DNA of 57,651 nt, filler included, from Catajapyx aquilonaris (lineage: Eukaryota), in NCBI GenBank assembly GCA_000934665.2. It is 2 parts of 2 records of this genome, joined end to end, with 100 filler letters (N's around TTAATTAATTAA, not from the genome) between each part and the next. Parts side by side here need not be neighbours in the genome. Positions count along the whole stretch, not along the records: positions 28,894 to 57,651 come from JYFJ02004877.1; 1 more part is not named here. One strand, 5' to 3'. Under the pieces are notes generated by a model. That model did not search any database and was not told where the DNA came from. It saw only the letters and a program-made list of their open reading frames with translations. A program made the translations under genes and the position numbers. Positions within the stretch are counted from its first letter, which is position 1. Each line of letters starts with the position of its first letter. Positions 34,048 to 46,000 of the stretch are shown piece by piece.

Positions 34048-37000
34048 ATGCAGTGGCTGCCCCGTACCGTGGCCACTCACCCGGTGGCCGTCTTCCTGAC
34101 CGCCACCTTCTCAGCTGCAGCTTTCATCATCATTGCTGTCATCACCACTGACTTACCGGATTTTACTGAACCTCAGCTGGTGCCTTACTTAATAATATAA
34201 TACAATGTATAAGATATCATTAGTAAGAGGATGCTTTGCGAAAGGCCTGTAGCCTTTTAACCCTTAACTACGTAGGTGAAGCCTGAGAGGCTCCAACCGC
34301 TATTTAAACGCATGTAACTTTTTAAGTAAATGTTTTTTCCCCCTGTCCTTCCGTGACTTTGTCACAAAAACCTTCCTAAGCATGAAAAGAAGAAAATTTT
34401 TTTTTAGTGCCATTCTTTGGCTGAAAAAAAATCATAACGAGGAACAGGTGCCACCTTGGAGCTGCTCAGGCTCTACGTAGTTAAGGGTGCTGTTTTTTTC
34501 CCTACCTCCGTGGAGAGCGTCTGAATAGGGAAAGCGACTGCACCCTTAACTACATACATGGAGCCTGAGCGGCTCCAGGTGGGACTCCCTCGTTATGAAT
34601 TTTTTCTGTCGGAATATGCTGACTCGGCATGTGATTTTTAGGTTTTCGGAAGCCTAATTATCTGAACTGCATTTCTGTATGTGAAAAGTCCAATATAACA
34701 ATTGAGCTGATAAGCAGATAATTAAATATACGGCTGTACTTGCTCTTACTGGCGTGCGGGAGGCGGGAGGGTAGTAGTCGGTGGGGGCAGCGGACTGTGT
34801 CGCTAATATAGGTCTGTATCCGCAAGGAAGGAAGGTTAGGTATGGTTAGGTTGGGTTCGTACAGTATACCCCCTTCCAAAATCCAAAAAATCAATCTGCC
34901 TTTGCGACATAGCCAAGCTGCCCCCAGCCACCACTCCCCCTCAGCTTCTCGCACGCCGGTAAGAGCAAGGCCTTCCAAATATACAGTTGGAGCCTCTCAG
35001 GCTCCACCTACGTAGTTAAAGTGTTTCGGCCACCTACGTAGTTACGGGTTAAGGGTTTATCTATCTTACCTCACAATTGGCAGCTTCATGTATACTGTAT
35101 AGTAGTGGTATAACCCGATGAATGGGGCCATACTTCAGTTATTGAGGACATTGCAGTCCTTTACGCTTGATGGCCTCATGCATTCACATAAGCAGGTGGA
35201 TTGTTGGAGTGGAAGATGAATAATAAGTCTCCTTACCTTGGACTTCAGCTTGTCAACAATTGACTGCAGGATTTGAGTCAGACAGATTCAAGGAAAGATG
35301 ATTCCCACCAGGACCTACACCTCCCTTGGGTGGGTGCACCAGGCCATCGAGAAAGTAAATGGACTCAATGCTAAATATATTTTGCAAAATTGGTATTTAA
35401 GGAAAATAGAGTATTATTATTGACATTTCAGTATAAAGACAAATGAGAGAAAATATCAGATTATGTATCACGGTTGTGAACCGAACCGAACCCTTGCTCC
35501 TTGAACCCAATAACATCGGAGCCACTCCGGAGCAGTAGAGCCGGGTCCGGAGCGAGTGTTGGAACTTGGTTCGGGTTCGAGCTGGTTCAGAGGAAGAGTG
35601 GAGCCAAGGTCGGAGCAGGTCCGGAGTTTGGTTGGGAGCATGCCAGCTTGGTCCGGCGTTCGGGTCAACGCCTCTGGAGTTGAACCCGGTACCGGAGGGA
35701 GGTTTGGAGCAGTTCAGAGCTTAGTTAGGTCCAACATACCAACGCAATGGGGAGAACAGCAGAATAACCGCTGGATTTACTCCAGCGTATGCATCACGTT
35801 TTCGTGGTGGCAGAATGACATTTCCAAGCACCCGTGATACAGGGTGTACCGCAAATGTCACATTTTTTTGTCATATGCATTTGTTGTATGTCACATTTTT
35901 ATGTCATACCCATTTTTGTGTTACAATATGTCATACACATTTTTGTATGTTACAATATATGTCATATTGTTACATACAAAAAATGCATACAGAGCTGCCA
36001 ACCCTACCCCCAAAAAATGAGGGGGAGGTAATGACATAATGAGGGGGATTGGGCATCTGAGAGGGGGATTCTGTGTCCCATCGTTCGCTAAGATGCCATC
36101 TTGTTCAAGGTGCAACTCCTGTGGTAGGTAGCGGGTAGTCTGTCGCGATTGGCTGGATCTTTCTTCCGCAGACTTACCACTTGAGTACACCTTGAAAAAG
36201 ATGGCGGATAGCGAACGATGTATCGCGGCCAGCGCCAAATTCCCAGCCTGGAGGAGACGCAGAAATTAAACTGCCGTATCCATACAACTAGGGGGAAAGT
36301 GACATGGGGCTGAGTGAGGTAGTACTAGCACTAAATATAATAATTTAACAATAATCTCTACGGCGGGGGAAATAACCCTGCGTGAGGGGGGGCGGGGGAG
36401 AACACGTAAATGCGGGAGTCCCCCGCCCAATGCGGGAGGGTTGGCAGCTCTGTGCATATGACATGAAAATGTGACATCCAAAAAATGTGTATGACATACT
36501 GTAGCATACAAAAATGTGTATGACATATTGTAGCAAACAAAAATGTGTATGACATAAATATGTGACATTTGCGGTACGCCCTGTATCGTGGGTGCTTGGA
36601 AATGTCATTCTGCCGCCATGAAAACATGACTCATACGCTGGAGTAAATCCAGCGATTTTTCTGCCTTTCCCCCTGTTGCTTTGGTATGTTGGACCTAACC
36701 AAGCTCTGAACCGCTCCGAACCTCCCTCCGGAACTGGGTTCAACTCCGGAAGCGTTGGCCCGAACCAAACGCCAGACCAAGCTGGCAAGCTCCCAACCAA
36801 ACTCCAGACCTGCTCCGACCTTGGCTCCACTCTCCCCCCGAACCGGCTCGAACCCGAACCAAGCTCCGACACTCACTCCGGACCCGGTTCTACTGCTCCG
36901 GAGTGGGTCCGATGTTATCGGGTTCACGGAGCAAGGGTTCTGTTCGGTTTGGTTCACAACCCTGTTATGTGTATCTATTTATAATTTTGCATTTAAATAC

Positions 37001-40000
37001 AGGGTGGTCGGTAAATGGCGGACAAGCTTCAGGTAGCGAGATTCCTTGTGAAAAATCAGTATATGGAAGAGAAGGTCATATTGCTCTACGAGGCCTGGTT
37101 AGGGCTCACGAGGTCTCCAAAGTTTGGACCAAATCATGGCGTCACATCCGCCCGCGAAATTCAAACAATACCGTATCGCTACAGTACACGGTTTGTTGCC
37201 ATGTTGACATCCCCCACATTTTCACCAAACAATGGAACCGTATAAACTCCCTCGGACATTGCCAGGCACGCGGCGACGACGGTATGGCAATGCCTGGGAA
37301 CGTCCCAGCCAGTTTATACGGTTCCATTGTTTGGTGAACATGTGGGGGGTGTGAACTTGGCAACAAACCGTGTACTGTAGCGATACGGTATTGTTTGAAT
37401 TTCGCGGGCGGATGTGACGCCATGATTTGGTCCAAACTTTGGAGACCTCGTGAGCCCTAACCAGGCCTCGTAGAGCAATATGACCTTCACTTCCATATAC
37501 TGATTTTTCACAAGGAATCTCGCTACCTGAAGCTTGTCCGCCATTTACCGATCACCCTGTATACATTTTTAACACTGAAAGTGCTAATGTATGTTATTGA
37601 AGGAAATATGTGGGGAGACAAACATGACTTATTTCGTGGATGGAAAGATACCTATGTGAATCAAGTTTCGATGGGTTCTCCCAGTGTCCACATGGGTTTT
37701 CTTGGGGCTGTCCTATTTCCTCCCACAATCAAAACCCATCGTAGCACAGGCAATGCTTGAAGTCAGTAATTGAAAAGATGATCCCCTAAGGGGCCCAAGG
37801 AGGCCTGTCATGGGGTATCCATTATTATTATTTCATGGATGGATATTATTGAGCATGAGAATGGGGAATGACTGACATTCAAGTTGTTACTGAGGGTGTC
37901 CAACATCTTGTAAACCTTCCACAGATTGAATTTCGTGATCGAGTATGAGTCTGTGAGAATAAAAAGGGCCAATGTCCCAATTATTTAAATAATGGAGATA
38001 TTGGTCATTAATGTTCTACTCATGAAGTGTCAAAGGATAACAAAGTCCTAATTCACATTGTATCCCATAAACCAGAGGTCTCAAACATGCCACCCCAGGG
38101 CCTATTCCAACACGTTGACCATTGCCAACATATCTACCAATTTCGTGATGGACCATGAACAAATTCTTTTATATGCCTTTATATGGCTATTCCAGCATGG
38201 GTTCAGTGTGGAAGGCTGGAAAAATATTGCTTCTGAGATTCTCAAATGTCATGTGCACAAGGACTTGAACCTAATTTCAATGCTTATGGGGGGAAATCGC
38301 AATGTTAATTACTGAATTCCAAATGAGATTCTTTCAATTTGTGTGACAAAGATTTTTGAGCTGTTTGCTTCTCCATTCTCATAATTATGATGTCAGTCAG
38401 GCAAGTGATGAAGTTCATATGATAGACTCCATTGAAATGGAGTGTACACTCTGCTCTCAGGAATAAGTGCAAATATTTTTGGAATTTCAAAGTTTTGCAC
38501 ATAATTGAAGGGGTCGGTGCAATACTGCCCTAACCCTCCCAAACCTGATTTTGAGAAAACTGCAGTTGAAAGTTTGAGAGGCCATATACATCCCATATAC
38601 CATGTGACTTATTTCATTTGATTTCTCAGTGACCGATGGCAGAAACTGCACAATTTCAATGGATTTTATTAGATACATGAGTGTAGTACATGGAAGTGTG
38701 CTTAACTCAATTTGTGTCATTTGGTGGGTTAGGGCGGTATTGCACCGACCCCTTCAATTATTTGCCTGACAACTCCCTAATATGAAACAATATGATGGGA
38801 GGTAATTTGCTCTATGTGAGCAGTTACTTTCAATGATGAATGTTATCAAGAACCTGGAAGATCGTGATTATCTGCTGAGGTTCTGTAACGACTCGTCCGA
38901 TGCATGTTCACCCGATGGCAACACACCCACCGAATATTCGCCCACCGTGCATTGTGTTTCAGTTATCTGTTTCATAATAATAAAAAATAGCAGCTTGTTA
39001 AGCAAGTACTGTTACCAACTCTGCAATCCACTGTCTGGTACGTAGACTTGAGATCTAACCTCACTCTGAATAATGTCATGATTCATTCTGAATATATCGC
39101 ATGAGTAAAAAATTCAATGGGCAAACTGTTGTCAGGCGAATATGCTTCAGGTGAATTTGGGCGAACCACCATGATGCACACTTCTCATCTGTTATGAAAA
39201 TTGTTTCTACCCAAGAGTAGGCTACAAGACTGACTGAAAGGTTCTTGTCACAGCAAGTGATGTCAAACTTCCAGACAAACAATAAAACCTAAACTGCCAC
39301 ATAGAAAAGATCACTTAACTCTCAAGCACTTGAGTGATTTATTTTGAAGTTCCTGTGTTGTGTATACTGTAGTATAGGCTCTAGTTACACGTTTAGTCTT
39401 TAGTATGAATATTACATCACTGGCAAGTGCGGCCCATACTAAGTTCACGCAAGCTGATGTGACCCTCAACCAAATCGAGTTTGAGACCTCTGCCATAAAC
39501 CATCCACTTCAAGTAATTGGTCCTGAAAACAGCTCAAATCTGGCAACTTAAGTATGTCTATCTTTTCCACAATGTGCTGAAAGAAGCACCAGGTGACTGG
39601 TAATCAGGTCTAAAAATATGTAGGACATTGAGTGTGAATGCTGGAAACAAGTTGCTTCCATCTGTTTAGCATGGAACTATTTTTTGTTGTTGTTGTTGTT
39701 GCCTCTTCTGTGAAGTTGAGAAGTGTGGGCTTGGGCTCTTCTCAGTTTCATTTTCTCATATATTTGCAGGGCTTTGAGTCTCGGGGAACAGGTCTGGCCA
39801 AAAGGGCTGCAGCATGGGACAACCTACTGAAGGCCACTAGGCCATCAGGGCAGCTTGTGGCCAACCCAAAGGAGTGGGAGCCACCACTAGAAGAACATTT
39901 CTTTGACAACCAGGTGATGGCATGTGTAATATGCAGGGATATTATTTTTTTCTTTTGAGGGTGATAAAGTAGCAACAGAAATGATGAATGGGAAAATAGT

Positions 40001-43000
40001 CACCTAGTATTATTTTATTGCAACATATTGATCAAGATGCACGGCAGTGCATCCGCCAAGTCTAAGCCACTTCCACTGCCCCTTCTCTCTCTCCCTCTCT
40101 CTCTCCCTCCCTCCCTCTCCCCCTCCCCCTCGACTCGTGCTGCCGTGCCTCCTTNCCCTCCCTCTCCCTCTCCCCCGCCCTCCCTCTCGACTCGTGCTGC
40201 CGTGCATCCTTTACTGGAGATCACTCGCTCTCTACATTTCGGCATTTTCTAGTTCGGGACAGGAAAATGCTGCAAGTCTGAAATTTTAATACGACAATTG
40301 GGCACACCCAGGGACCCTACAAATAATTTTTCGATTTTTTCATTATATAATTTGTTATATAATTTCTATGTCCCTGAAACATTGTCACGGAATGCATCTT
40401 GTAGCATCTTGTGAGTTTGCAGCACTTTTGCCAAGTTTGAAACAAAATTTACTCTGTTCTTTTACGCCATCCATTTTCACCCCCAGATAGAATCGCAGAA
40501 CGCATCAAACACAACACTACAAAACCGCTCAATAATAAAATAATAAATAATAATAAATAATGTGCCTACCATATTTTTACTAATGCGCCCCCTTAATAAA
40601 ACACAAGAGGTGATCCATAACTGTTGCCATGCTGACTGTCAGCTTTTTTGAGCAATGAAAATGAGACTTCATGTACATTTTATTCAGCCACCGGGTTATA
40701 CCACACTTTGTAAATATCTTAGTAGGATTTGTGCATTGTTGAGTGCATAAAGTGTTGGTTTTTTCCCCAATAACAAGCTAGACTCATCATGGGATTTTAA
40801 AAATCTAATAATTGATGAAAATCATCTATAATAATAATATAATGTAATAATAATCCGGGTAGTGCACGAACTCCTTATGAGTTATATGGCACGGACCTTT
40901 ATTACTCATATACATTAGTATACATCAGGACCTGATAACGTAACGCCCAGGCAGGATGACAGGAGGGGATGTGCAAGGTGCAGTGCAATGTCTTAATGTG
41001 GCCATTTTTAGTGAACTCCCCCGGGTGGTTTAGTCTGTGGAAATACCACCTGAGACGAAGCCAGAGGTGACCCTGAACTCTGCACGAGATGAAGGGGGTG
41101 TCCCCTGGCTGGGATCGAACCCGGGACCTTAACATCCCTGGGCGCATACGTTACCGCAGCACCACTGAGCCTCCCCATGAAAATCGTCTATATTTCTAAC
41201 TTGGATTTTTTAATGTTTGTTGTCAGACCATACTGGCAGCACCTGAAGAGCCAAGGAGGAACTTGTCTGATACATTTTGTGAGGATGAGTGGCGATGCCT
41301 GGAAAAAACAAATGAGCTGGCAGAATTGGAGGAGCATGAACATATGCACCTCACACCAGATGGATTTTTCTGCACTGATCTCAGTAAGTGTTGTAATTAG
41401 ATATGAACTGCTCTTTTTAATATCAGCCCATGTGGGTGAGTTCATTTGAAGCATGACACGAACCAAACTAAAAACAGGTTCAATAGAAACAAATGATCAA
41501 AAATCTGAATGTCCAATTGAGCCACTTATGCAACACATCAGTTATGCTGTTGTTGCTCAAAGCCAGATTTTGAGCAGCATTTTTACACATTCTGTTGATT
41601 GCAGGCCCAGCTTATGGACATGTAGTGTTTGCCTCCAGAGAAGAAAATGAAGATAGGGATCTGTTTAATGCTCACTCCATCAAGTCGATGTGCCAAATTG
41701 AGGAGACCCTGCTCCGGGGAAGTCCTGGGTTTGACTCCCTGTGCCAGACTGTCCACCCTGATGGGCCTTGCTGCCCCAGCTGGTCGATTGGTAACTACAT
41801 CGCACTGATGCACAACCGGACCTCTTGTCACCATGTCACCGTACGCACTCCTTATACTGCACACTATACATACATGCACTCACTTTTGCATGTGGCTCAG
41901 AAATGATATGTGGACTGCAAGTAAATTAAGGAATTGGAAATTTAAACAGTTGAAATGAAAATGTGAAATATTATTTTCATGAATTGATTTGTTATACAGG
42001 GTGTTTTTTACGAGTAGGTCATCCAGCCTACAGCATAGTCATTGGCCCAAAACAAGTCAGAAATGTAGGGGTGAGAAATGTCAAGGGACCAACAAATAAT
42101 GAGGTAGACAACCAGACACATTGGCCTGCCCCTGCACATGCTCAGGCTCAGAAACACACAAGACACCTCTTTGTAGGGAGATTACCTGACAGATGGACTG
42201 ACTCACCTTACAATAGATGCCTAGACTAAACTGCAAACCATTAAAAGAGCATCACTACTGAATCTCTCATGGAGCGTCAAATTTTAATGCTCTTGTAATG
42301 CTTTTTTGTTGCAAAAAAGCATTAAAAATTGTTGCTCCATGGGAGACTCAGTAGTTGTGCCCTTTTAATCTTAATGGTTTGCAGTTGACAGTGTAGGCAA
42401 CTATGTAAGGTGAGTGGGTCCATCTGTCAGGGGCCATCTCCCTATGAAGAGGTGTCGTGTGTTGCTGCATGTGTTTAGGGACAAGCCAATGTGTCTGGTT
42501 ATTTATCTCATAATAGGTTGGTCCATTGACATTTCTCACGCCTACACTTTTGACTTGTCTTAGGCCAACAAGTATGCTGTAGGCCAGATGGCCTAATATA
42601 GTAATAAGAAAAACCTGTATGTGTGGGTTGAGCCATAAGTTATTGTGGATATTTTACAATTCTAAAGTGGTAATATATTGCTAAGTTTTGAAGCACCAGT
42701 GATTACAATTTGACCTGGTGTATAGGTGGTGCCCATAGAGCAAGGGGGGTTGGTGGCAGGTTCATTCTCGGCTATGGTGCCATTGCCATCATCCATGAGC
42801 AGTTTGCTGAGAGCTGTAAGTGTCAACGCTGCTTTGTCATTGCCCAGCACTGGACCGATGCTTTCAGCAGAGGGTGAGAGGAAAGCCTCTTCGACTAAGC
42901 CAGATCCGGTAGACCTCCACAGCATCATTGTTCTATCACTGGAGTCGTTGAATGTTGCTTGCAGGAAGCTAGGCGATGGACAAGATGGGAACTTCCATTC

Positions 43001-46000
43001 AAGTGTTGGGACCAGCCCCCTGCAACTCTCACACTAGCCTTATGGTGACGGTAGCGTACTTACAGAGTCTCTGCTGGTGCTGGCTAGCGGGTTGCCAGAT
43101 TCACTCTGGCGGATGCCTTCTGAAGCAACCCAAACCGTCACTACTCACTGTTATTACAGAACCCTCAGCCCCCTTTCGCAGATTCGGCAACCAGCTACCT
43201 GAGTGCGCCTGGCAACCCGCTGGGGACAGTGAGCTACGCCAGCGCCAAATTCCAGACTGGCGGAGACTCTCTAAGTACCCTACCGTATCGTGGGAGTTAC
43301 GAGGGGCTGGTTGGGACATATCAGAGCACTATATTTAGGACTGAAAGTTTTGCAATGTCCAAAAGCTCCAGTGATGGAATAATGCTGTGAAGGTCTACCA
43401 GATCTGGAGTGACCAAAGAGTTTTTCCTCTTGCCCTCTGCTGAAAGCATTGGTCCAGTATTGGACAGTGGGAAATGGTAGAGTGCTGATGACAATGGCAC
43501 CATAGGCAAGAATGAACCTGGTTGCTACTCCAAGCACGCCAGGCTTGGGCTGCATTAGGGTGATGGAGGGGTGGTGGGCGAGGGGTCACAATCCCCTTTT
43601 GTTTACCAGTCCCCCTTGCTATATGGGCACCACCTATATACTAGGTCAAATTGTAATTGCCGGTACTTCAAAACTTAGCAAAGGTCATCTCTCTATATTA
43701 CCATTTTAGAATTTAAAAATACATGCAATGACTTATGACGCAATCTATGTAATTATGGACTAATTGAACTAATTGAAATTTAAAACTAACTTATCATTCA
43801 TATTGTGGTGGCTCGTCATTAGAAGATGATGGGGCTGAGCCCCTCCAACACTGTAGGGAATATAAACATATTATCATTAAAACCATGACTATGTAATTAA
43901 TGCAGAATATGCTAAGTTTTAAATTTGCAATGATGGGGAGCCAGGAGTGGAGATGCTTTCATGGAGTCTCCTAGCACACCAGTTGCATTCTACCCAGCCA
44001 CTCCTCACTTCCTGTGAAAGCCATGTATCCCAGCTAGTGTAATTAGTTGTGCAGATCATGCAGGAATCACACTGCAGCAATGAGAGAGGTCCATTTCACT
44101 TAGCTGGAATGGGTGACAGTGAAAAAATGAGCAGAACATATTTTCATTGCTTAACAATTCTAATTTATGATAATACTTACTAACATTTATTCATATTCCA
44201 TCATGGGCTCTAGAGAAATGTATGAAATTATGACTTGAGAAGTCCTTTTGTGAAAAGTTAGCTGTAATTTTTGTAACAAAATTGGATATATTCACAGAGG
44301 AAGGATATCTGCTACTTTTGTACTTGTTATAAAATTTTATTCATTACATATTCATGAATGGATGGATAATAATCCATATGAAAATTCAGCCCCACCAACC
44401 CTTTAAACCATGAGCTGCCACTGCATAAACTGAACCTAATTGAAATGTAATCTCATCAGCAGGGGTCGAATTTTAAATTAATTTTGTCCAAGTGCAAAGT
44501 TTGCACTCCAGATGAAAATCTGGAGTGCAAATTACTTACTTGGAGTGCTTAATTCTTAATTACTGGGTTCAGCCATGTTAAAAAGCAGGACCCACCAAGA
44601 CTCAGTTTGGAGTGCAGATAACAATTTTTGACTGCAAATTGCACCTTTGCATCCGAATATTTTGACCCCTGCATCAGTGACTTAACCCACACCAAAGCCA
44701 AACTATTTATTCTAATTTTATCACTGTCCTTTCCTTTGCCTCTTAGTTATATCACTGCCGATTGTTTTAAATGTACGCAAAATTATATGTACCTGAAAAA
44801 CTGCATTTCTTGATAAAAGGATGACGACGTGAATGCAACCCTTGGCCTCTTGAGCTACTGTGCCCCATTCTACCACACCTTGAGATTGGGCCCAGACTGT
44901 GACAGTGGTGCTGAGATGCCAGCTTGCCGAAATGTGCCTGCCAGCTGCACACGACACAATGCAGTCTACTACATCCTGCACTACCTCACTGACTTCAGAT
45001 TTCTGCCACCAGAGGTACTAATGATTGAGTTGATAATTACAGTAGTAATATGTTGCAGCTGATGGCAGGACTTAGGAAGTAACTTACAGTTAGGAGTATC
45101 TTGGGACATATTAGCCCAGGCATGTTAGGGTTTGACCCGGTAATAAATAATGTACATCTTAAAATTGGAGGAAATGTTCTGTTAAGTGTGCTGAACAACA
45201 TACTACTATGGGCTCATATGCCGGCGTCATGTTCTTTATGGCGCAAGAAGTACATAAGTGACACTTGCCGTGGAATTGGCTATAAAAGCAAAACTACTCA
45301 TCCGATTTTGTTCGGATTTCTCTTAAAATGTGCAGAGTTGTATGTACAACTATCTGGTGAGGTCAACTGCCACCGTCAGGTCAAGGGGGCCATGAAAATG
45401 ACCGCCCAGTTTGAATTTTTCGCCTTGCACTTCAGAAACATCAAAATAATACGTCCTGCGCAGCTGACTCAACGAAATGTGTAGGGCCTAAAATGCTTCC
45501 CCGTACTTTCCCCTTTCCAGCGATATCTCTGGCATGTTTGTGCAATCATCTGTTTCACAACTGTAACATATTATGATAGCGCTCGTGCAGCCGTCATCGC
45601 TCCATCCGAGCCACACTCAGCCCGGCTGGCAAAATCTGAATTCATGTCTCCTTCTGATGGTTAGAAGCAAAATTGGAAACAAGTTGCTAAAAGCCTTTTT
45701 AGACTAATTTGACCACACTGATTTCGAAAATTGCTGTTAGCACTCTGGATTTTGGGTCCTTGTGCCCCCAAAACAAGAAGGCGTCCAAGATTACACCATT
45801 TCCCAAAATTACAACGTTTTGGCATGTTTTACCGTCAAAATCGCAAGCGAGGTATACTTGTTTCAGGTGGATGCCATTTACAGTGTTCCAGCATCTCTTT
45901 GCAGCAATCTGAAACTTTTTACATTCAAATGTTTGCAGTTTCCATATGAAGACCTCGGGAGAAAAACAATCAAGGTCCACCTCAGATGAAACTGACATGA

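Noticed and set aside
35850..36570. ~29-nt repeated units resembling an array
   Set aside because: Tandem subrepeats with no unique spacers in a eukaryotic transposon; not CRISPR.
35468..37544. Pairs of near-identical ORFs on opposite strands (also 42662-43589 and 56020-56412)
   Set aside because: They are translations of inverted-repeat arms of non-autonomous elements, with no protein motifs.
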